Shown one piece after another: positions 43,080 to 49,284 of a DNA stretch of 49,284 bases. The position numbers were made by a program, and so were the translations under genes. The stretch spans positions 1 to 49,284 of the forward strand of contig JBDRMG010000026.1 of NCBI GenBank assembly GCA_043812495.1, given 5' to 3'. The notes under the pieces were generated by a model. The model made no database searches and was not told the DNA's origin. It was given only the letters and a program-made list of their open reading frames with translations. How positions within the stretch are numbered: position 1 is the stretch's first letter; each line of letters opens with the position of its first letter. This stretch comes from Candidatus Omnitrophota bacterium. GTDB taxonomy: Bacteria > Omnitrophota > Gorgyraeia > Zapsychrales > JBDRMG01.

Positions 43080-43166
43080 GCTCTTGGCAACTGGCTATCC
43101 TAACCGTTAGTCAGGACCCTGTAGTTTTGTGCCCCATCCTTACGAATGGTTTACCTTTTTCAAAGC
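43080..43166 (-). ncRNA. c-di-GMP-I (GEMM-I) riboswitch aptamer
   Basis: GGTAAA-CCATTC-GTAA-GGATGG-GGCACAAAAC..AGGG-TCCTGAC-TAACG-GTTAGGA-TAGCCAGTTGCC fits GEMM-I layout; G at the G20-equivalent position (43155). Confidence 0.92.
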
Positions 43167-43181
43167 TACAAATTCAATTAA

Positions 43182-43210
43182 AGTATAGCATGAGAAATTA
43201 CCATTGTCAA
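43182..43210 (-). promoter_or_regulatory. sigma70 promoter P1 upstream of the riboswitch
   Basis: TTGACA (43210-43205), 17 nt, TATACT (43187-43182) with extended TG. Confidence 0.85.
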
Positions 43211-43280
43211 ATCGTCGTCTCTCAAAGTATCCTTTTTGGTCATTTTGACGAGGTAATTCACTTAAAATTAAATATATCAA

Positions 43281-44306
43281 TCAGTTAAAACTTTCTAGGG
43301 CAAGACCAATAGGGACAACTAAAGAAGAACTCAGGGTCTCTATTTTGTTCTTTTCAATGGTTGGGGCGTACAAAATCTTATCGGTAGGCTTAAAAATGGC
43401 GATTTCACGATTAAGATTTTCCTTAAGAAAGTCGGCCAGCCAAACCAGGTGGGATGTTCCGCCACTCAAGAATATCTCATCCACGACCATACCAAATTCA
43501 CTTTCATAATAATCAAAAGACAAGTAAATTTCGTTTAACAGATTGCCCAGAACCGGCTCAACAATCTTAAACTTTTCCTTATCCTGGGAATCAAGGGTGT
43601 ACTTCAACTGCTCAGCTTCGTCCAGATTGACTTCTAGCTTCTCTTTCAACAGATGCGTAATGTTATCGCCCCCGATTTGGACATCCCGCATAAAATAGGA
43701 AGAAAACTCTTTAATAATATTGATATTTGTAATCCTGGAACCAATATTAATAAGACCAATCGTTTTTTCCTCTTTCTCGGGATAATTCAGCTGAAAGGCG
43801 TTCTTAAGGACTATGGAATCGATGGTCAGAACCTCCGGGTCAAGCCCGATATCCTTTAAGATTTTTATTCTTTCTTCAATATCCTGCTTTTTGGCTGCAA
43901 CCAAAAGGACCTTCATATTCTTCGCTTCGGGCTTGTTGTTAATGACCATATAGTCACATACGATATCGCTTTTATCGAACGGAACATATCGGTCGATTTC
44001 AAATTCCATCGCGCCCTTTAAGTCCTCCTTGGTCATTTGAGGGAGAACCAGATATCGAACAATAACATTTTCGGGATTTAAGGACGTGTTGACTTTCTTG
44101 TGCGACAGATCAATGGCTTCGCAGGCGACCTTAATAGCATCCATCAGTCCGTTCAGTTTATTGACATTAATCCGACTATATCCGACCGCCTCCAACGTAA
44201 AGACATCTTCTTTCTTGCTCATTTGGGCAATCTTAACGGAGAAATTACCGATATCGATTCCCGATGCCATTTCTGCTTTTTGCGCACTTTTCTTCATTCC
44301 AAACAC
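43281..44306 (-). CDS. pilM: type IV pilus actin-like protein PilM (module B)
   Basis: GIDIGNFSVK, VLLVAAKK, INIG, LSGGTS, IGLAL; AGGAG before GTG. Confidence 0.92.
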   Translation of the reverse strand: MFGMKKSAQKAEMASGIDIGNFSVKIAQMSKKEDVFTLEAVGYSRINVNKLNGLMDAIKVACEAIDLSHKKVNTSLNPENVIVRYLVLPQMTKEDLKGAMEFEIDRYVPFDKSDIVCDYMVINNKPEAKNMKVLLVAAKKQDIEERIKILKDIGLDPEVLTIDSIVLKNAFQLNYPEKEEKTIGLINIGSRITNINIIKEFSSYFMRDVQIGGDNITHLLKEKLEVNLDEAEQLKYTLDSQDKEKFKIVEPVLGNLLNEIYLSFDYYESEFGMVVDEIFLSGGTSHLVWLADFLKENLNREIAIFKPTDKILYAPTIEKNKIETLSSSLVVPIGLALESFN

Positions 44307-44325
44307 GATGAATCTCCTGGATATA

Positions 44326-45744
44326 TTATTTCTCTTTTAATTCAAGATAGCGGTCGTAATAAAATTTCGACGTATCGGGGTTGGAGAGTTCTTTATAGAT
44401 CTGGGAAAGGTTGTAATTAGCTTCTTTGTCTTCGGGGTCTAGTTCTAAGACACGTTTAAAACTTAAGATCGCTTCATCATACTTCTTCATTTTTGTGTAA
44501 ATAAATCCTAGATTATAGTAAATGTCTTTTTTCTTAGGTTTTTCCTTTAAGACGCCCTTGTATTCCTCAATGGCCTTGTTAAATTGTCCACTTGCTGCAT
44601 ATTGATAAGCCAGAAGCTCATGGTTGATCGCGCGGTCTTCCTGAGGACTTGCTTGGACAACCTTCTTGGTCTGCTTGACTTGAGCATCCAGCAAAGATTC
44701 AATCATAGTTTTCTCGCGATTCAACCCAACGATTTTGTCCGTCAGTCGAGAAATCTCTTCTTTGAGCAAGACTTTTTCTTTCTCTAGAGCCTTCAGCTTG
44801 TTTTCTAATTCTTCTTCTTTCTGAGAATACTGAGAAACCTTTGATGACCGCTGGCCAGCTTGTTTCTTCAACTGTGCTAAGCTATCCTTAAGTTCTTTAT
44901 TCTTCCCTTCAAGATCCTCGATCTTCTTTTGAGTTTCTGTCAGCTCTTTTTCTTTTCGTTCTTTCAAGCGAACATTTTCTTCTTGCAATTTTTGTTTTTC
45001 TTTGATGCTCGTCTGCAAATTTTTTTCGATTTCGGCTAACTCTGTTTCTAGTCGATTTTGATCTTCTTTGAGGCCTTCGAGTTTCTCTTGAGGCTTAGCT
45101 AATTTCTTTTTTAATTGAATCAGCTCTTCTTCGGCCTTTTCTTTTTCTTTAGCAGTCTGATTAAGCATCTGATTGAGTCTTTTTGTCTCCGCTTCAAAAT
45201 CCTTTACGGCCTTGTTTTTCTCCCCCTTCGATTTCTCGATATTAGCCTTCAGCTCAGCAATGCGGCCTTTAAGATCATCCGCTTCTTTGGACAAGGAATC
45301 CTTTTCCTGCTTTTTAACCTCAATGCTTTTTCCTAAAACCGTATTCTCATTTTGAAGCTGGGCGATGGACCGCTCAAGATCTTGGAAATTCTTCTCGAGA
45401 GTTATCACTTCCTTTTTCTTGTCTTCCAATAATTCATTGAGGTGATCCGGCTCTTTCGAAAGTTCTTTCTTCTTATCCTTGAGCAGATTCAGCTCATTTT
45501 GAAGCTGTAACACTTTTTCGCGTAATAGATTGTTTTCCGATAAAAGCGAATCATTCTGCTTGAGAACAGAACTCATGCTGTCTTTGAGTTCACCAATGCT
45601 TTCGACCCATTCTTGATCAATTTCCGCAGCCTCGGAGGGCTCAGAGGAAGAGAGAGGAATTTGCAAATCTCGAGCTAAAACTTGCTTGGGCAGAGAAAGA
45701 AACAAGAAAACAAATAAGGAAATCACGGATAGAGCGCGACTCAT
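44326..45744 (-). CDS. exported protein: signal peptide, ~300-aa coiled coil, C-terminal TPRs
   Basis: VLA-ending signal peptide; E/K/L/Q heptads about aa 45-355; TPRs (YYNLGFIY..YDEAI..KRVLELDP, ANYNLS). Confidence 0.85.
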   Translation of the reverse strand: MSRALSVISLFVFLFLSLPKQVLARDLQIPLSSSEPSEAAEIDQEWVESIGELKDSMSSVLKQNDSLLSENNLLREKVLQLQNELNLLKDKKKELSKEPDHLNELLEDKKKEVITLEKNFQDLERSIAQLQNENTVLGKSIEVKKQEKDSLSKEADDLKGRIAELKANIEKSKGEKNKAVKDFEAETKRLNQMLNQTAKEKEKAEEELIQLKKKLAKPQEKLEGLKEDQNRLETELAEIEKNLQTSIKEKQKLQEENVRLKERKEKELTETQKKIEDLEGKNKELKDSLAQLKKQAGQRSSKVSQYSQKEEELENKLKALEKEKVLLKEEISRLTDKIVGLNREKTMIESLLDAQVKQTKKVVQASPQEDRAINHELLAYQYAASGQFNKAIEEYKGVLKEKPKKKDIYYNLGFIYTKMKKYDEAILSFKRVLELDPEDKEANYNLSQIYKELSNPDTSKFYYDRYLELKEK

Positions 45745-47417
45745 GGACTTTCCTCATTGAGTGCAGGAGGTCTAAGGTAGATCGTTTCTTCTGGGTTCCA
45801 TTCTTGAATTTGATACTGAATAATCGGTTCTTGTTTTTGTTGCGCCTTTTTGGCTTTGAGTTTTCTTTTCTTTGAAATATTAAACTGACCGGACCAATCT
45901 TCTGTTTCTTCGTCAAATAACTCCAATCGATCTCTTTCTTTTCCTGTTAGAGGCTGTTCCTCAATGACGCGCGGAGTAACAAAAATCATTAAGTCTGTTT
46001 CAACCAGAGACTCCGACCTCTTGCGAAACAGAGAGCCGAACATCGGAATGTCGCCGAGAAGTGGAACCTTAAAGATCGAGAACGTATTATTCTTCCTCCT
46101 TAAGCCGGCAATCACAGCCGTGTTTCCGTTTTTAACAAGAAGGTTTGTGGAAGCGGCTCGCGAATCGATGGTCGGCTGACCGTCTGCGGTGTCTTGTCCT
46201 CGAAAACTTTGATTCACGGAAAGTTTAAGGTAAATATAGTTATCCTTTTTGGTAATTTGCGGTGTTACGTTAATATCTATCCCTGCAGTTTTAAATGAGG
46301 TGCTAACGACCGCGCCGCCTTGCGTGCTTTCTGTCTGCTGCTGATAAGGAATTTCTTCCGTTAAAGAAACGGTCGCCGCCAAATTATCGAGCGTTAAAAT
46401 CTTAGGATGCGCGAGAATATTAACCCGGGACTGGGATTGCATAGCCTGAATAATGGCTGACAAATCTTTATCCGTCAAGATCGTTGTCCCAAACTTAAAA
46501 TCAAAAATGGAACTGCCGGGAAGTCCGGGAGTAATATTAAACTCTCGCTGCTTGGAACCCGTCGAAGTGTCCGGCCAAAAGACGTCCCAATCAACGCCCA
46601 ATTGATCATCTTGAGTAATTTTGACATCAGCCACTAAGGTTTCAATCATGACCTGAGGAGTACGCAAATCCAAAAGTTGAGAAACTTCTTCGATTTCGGC
46701 AATCACATCAGGAATATCCGTAATGATCAAACTATTTGTACGCGCATTCACATCAATTTTTCCGCGAGAACTTAACATATTCTTGAAATTACCTTGAATC
46801 TCACTTGCTCTTGCAAAATTCATTACAATTATTTTTGTGGTTAACGGAACTTTTTCCTGCTCTATTTGGAATTGATCCCTGGTCATAATGCGAATCAACC
46901 CGTCTTCTTCTCTGTACGTCAAGCCATAGGTGCTCAATATGACATTGAGAGCCTGCTCCCATGATACATTATTGAGCTGAATATTGACGTTGGCTGAAAT
47001 ATCCGGCGACATGACCATGTTGATTTGGGCCTTGTTGGCTAAAATCCTCATGACATCCCGGATGTCAACATTTTCAAAGTTAATGCTGATGAGATCTGTT
47101 TGCTCTTCTTGTGATGACACGTCTGGGGCAGGCGTTTGATCGCCTACTACCTTCAATTCCTTTTCCTCTTCTTGAGGCAACACCTCGACAAAAGGTTCTC
47201 CTTCGAGCTCATCTTCTTGACCCATGTTCGCAACCGTTTCTTCAAGCGCCTTTGGCTCGTCAAAGGGACTTCCGCCCTCATTCTCATAAGGGCTTTCTTC
47301 GGCTGTATCCCTTAAGTCAAATAGCTCAAACTCTTGAGCCATGGATAAAGCCAAAGGAACAAACAAAAATATCAATGACAGAAGAAACAAAAGGAGGTTT
47401 CTTCTCATCTGATCCAT
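45741..47417 (-). CDS. pilQ: secretin, PilQ-like (module B)
   Basis: Signal peptide, ISINFENVDIRDVMRILA, PQVMIET, VPLLGDIPMFGSLF, LMIFVTPRVI; alternative start ATG 47408. Confidence 0.88.
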   Translation of the reverse strand: MDQMRRNLLLFLLSLIFLFVPLALSMAQEFELFDLRDTAEESPYENEGGSPFDEPKALEETVANMGQEDELEGEPFVEVLPQEEEKELKVVGDQTPAPDVSSQEEQTDLISINFENVDIRDVMRILANKAQINMVMSPDISANVNIQLNNVSWEQALNVILSTYGLTYREEDGLIRIMTRDQFQIEQEKVPLTTKIIVMNFARASEIQGNFKNMLSSRGKIDVNARTNSLIITDIPDVIAEIEEVSQLLDLRTPQVMIETLVADVKITQDDQLGVDWDVFWPDTSTGSKQREFNITPGLPGSSIFDFKFGTTILTDKDLSAIIQAMQSQSRVNILAHPKILTLDNLAATVSLTEEIPYQQQTESTQGGAVVSTSFKTAGIDINVTPQITKKDNYIYLKLSVNQSFRGQDTADGQPTIDSRAASTNLLVKNGNTAVIAGLRRKNNTFSIFKVPLLGDIPMFGSLFRKRSESLVETDLMIFVTPRVIEEQPLTGKERDRLELFDEETEDWSGQFNISKKRKLKAKKAQQKQEPIIQYQIQEWNPEETIYLRPPALNEESP

Positions 47418-47818
47418 TCTTTCTTTATTTTCCTAAGCACAATTGTCATAGGCGCACCATTATTGTTCAATTCAATACTATTTGGATTAATTTTCTCTAG
47501 GCGTATACCTTTTGTGATTTCTTGCCCCTCGGAGAAAATCTTTCCATTGATTAAGGCCAATGGTCTTTTTTCATCCCAAAGAATTGCTGAAAGATTTACC
47601 GTCGTGTTAATGGGCGTTGTTACTTGACGAGGAAACAATTCCTCCCATGACCTTATATTACCATTTGGATCAACTAATGCAACAAAAGGATCTCTTTTTT
47701 TTGTTCCTTGCTCAGAATTAGGTTCTTTGATTTGGCCAAAACAAATTCCGGTTTGGATATAATAGACCCATATTAAGGAAAAGAGAAATAACCAGGAAAA
47801 TTTTAAGCTATTCTTCAT
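47405..47818 (-). CDS. PilP-like protein (module B)
   Basis: KRDPF, LSAILW..ALING; paralogous to 36226-36570; ATG 47818 preferred over 47884. Confidence 0.65.
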   Translation of the reverse strand: MKNSLKFSWLFLFSLIWVYYIQTGICFGQIKEPNSEQGTKKRDPFVALVDPNGNIRSWEELFPRQVTTPINTTVNLSAILWDEKRPLALINGKIFSEGQEITKGIRLEKINPNSIELNNNGAPMTIVLRKIKKEWIR

Positions 47819-48419
47819 TTTCCCCTTTTGAATAGGCGCTAATGGTGAATTCAACGGGATGCTGCCACTCGCTGCTTGGATCATTCTTAATGCTAAGATC
47901 TGTAATTTTCATAAATTGTTCGGCTTGCTCAATTTTCTTAAAAAAATCAATGAGGTCATCATAACCGCAACGTAACTTTGCCCTCACAGGCAGCTCCACA
48001 AAGACATCACCTGTCTCTTTCAATTCATGCTTTTGTATTGAGGCGGGCTTAAGGGACGTAAATTTTAGCTGCGTTCTTTTTGTGATCTCGCGTAAGGTCT
48101 CAATCGTCAATCTTGTTTTAGGCCGCAGTGGAAGTCTTTTTTCAAAATCAGCGGCTTTAATTTTGAAATTCTCAAGCTCTTCTCTCATACGCTTAACATC
48201 AAACTCACTTCGATTGACAATCGTTATTATCCTTCTTTTTTCATCAATTTCTTTGTTATATCTTCTGATTTTTCCAACGGATGGCTTAACATAACCTAAT
48301 AAAGAAATCAATAAAATAAGGATTGGAACAAAAAGAGGCGCATAACGAATGCATAAGGCCGTATACAAACGCGTGTCAATTTTAATTTTGGGAGTTGTTT
48401 TTTTGACTTTTCTAACCAT
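47808..48419 (-). CDS. pilO: PilO (module B)
   Basis: TM, coiled coil, ELPVR..CGYDDLIDFF. Confidence 0.83.
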   Translation of the reverse strand: MVRKVKKTTPKIKIDTRLYTALCIRYAPLFVPILILLISLLGYVKPSVGKIRRYNKEIDEKRRIITIVNRSEFDVKRMREELENFKIKAADFEKRLPLRPKTRLTIETLREITKRTQLKFTSLKPASIQKHELKETGDVFVELPVRAKLRCGYDDLIDFFKKIEQAEQFMKITDLSIKNDPSSEWQHPVEFTISAYSKGENEE

Positions 48420-48423
48420 CGAC

Positions 48424-49089
48424 CTACCGAGCTTTCACTTCACATATAATATCGAAATTCATGACGTCCTGCTTTCCAACGGAGCCGAGATTGCTGTTGT
48501 TCAGTTTAATTTCACCAAAATCTTTAGAAAACTCTTGATTGCTCCTCAAAAGCTCAATGTATTTTTCAATCAACGTGACAGCATCATCGAGTTTTTCGGA
48601 TACGGCGATCCCTTTGATCGTAAAAACATTCTTTTCGAGTCCGAGTGATTTTTTATCGGCCGACCGGCCAGCCGAGGCGGATCCCTCTTTTCTTGAATAA
48701 ATTTCCGTTAACCAAACGCCGTCAGGAATTAAATCAGCGATCAATTGCAATTTTTCATAATAATAAAAATCGCGTGACGACAGAGCGTCGATGAGATGAA
48801 CTTTCCTTTCTAAAAAGGCTCTTTCGTTTTTGATCTTCTCGATCTCTTTGGGGTTAATTTTAAGAGCCTTTTCCTGTTCCTTAAGATTGTTGAGGATTTT
48901 TGTCTTTGAAGATAAATTAAAAGAAAGGAAAATTCCCACGACGAGAACTAACCCTAAGCTTATGCAAGAATAAACAATAAGCGGTTTGCTGATATTTAGG
49001 AATTCAGCTTTTGGATCTTTGAAAGTAACTTTTCTAGCTTCAGTTTTCCCAGACCCGTAACCAGGTAATAATAGATTTATTTGCGCCAT
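48424..49089 (-). CDS. pilN: PilN (module B)
   Basis: INLL motif, TM, IPDGVWL. Confidence 0.85.
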   Translation of the reverse strand: MAQINLLLPGYGSGKTEARKVTFKDPKAEFLNISKPLIVYSCISLGLVLVVGIFLSFNLSSKTKILNNLKEQEKALKINPKEIEKIKNERAFLERKVHLIDALSSRDFYYYEKLQLIADLIPDGVWLTEIYSRKEGSASAGRSADKKSLGLEKNVFTIKGIAVSEKLDDAVTLIEKYIELLRSNQEFSKDFGEIKLNNSNLGSVGKQDVMNFDIICEVKAR

Positions 49090-49284
49090 AATATATTAAT
49101 ATCAATAGAAATAAAAAACCCTTTTTATTATTCTATATACAAAATAACAGTACTTTGTTAAAAAATATTTTAAAATAATTTTTTTACGTTTATTTTGAAA
49201 AACTGTCTTTACGTAAAATTTGCGGAATCATAACTTACGTCATTTCAATGCGTTGCGTCAAATTTTCTTCATTTCCCCTTGATT

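Noticed and set aside
42965..43288. 107-aa plus-strand ORF across the pilA control region
   Set aside because: Antisense to the riboswitch, terminator and promoters, which explain the sequence.

Overview
Bacterial chromosomal window in which every supported gene lies on the minus strand. In transcription order (right to left): (1) type IV pilus module B (pilN-pilO-pilP-like-secretin-long coiled-coil/TPR protein-pilM); (2) a major pilin gene behind a ~370-nt control region holding a sigma70 promoter, a c-di-GMP-I (GEMM-I) riboswitch with terminator, two more promoter-like elements and an unexplained two-state RNA leader; (3) minor pilins (PilV/W/X-like) plus type IV pilus module A (pilMNOPQ); (4) rng-rplU-obgE-proB-proA-nadD-phosphohexomutase-plsC; (5) rpsA-tyrS; (6) a compact ~24-kb superoperon from tRNA-Thr through rpmG, tRNA-Trp, secE, nusG, rplKAJL, rpoBC and the str, S10 and spc genes to rplO. 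rpmD (L30) and rpmA (L27) are absent from their usual slots, and rplO is followed by palindromic repeats and a non-SecY-like start. Gene content suggests a diderm, possibly PVC/Candidatus Omnitrophota-like organism (inference only, no search run). The most novel signal is the pilA leader (42840-42990): a central segment can pair with either an upstream arm or the pilA Shine-Dalgarno/AUG, downstream of the c-di-GMP riboswitch. All structures were paired by eye, not computed.
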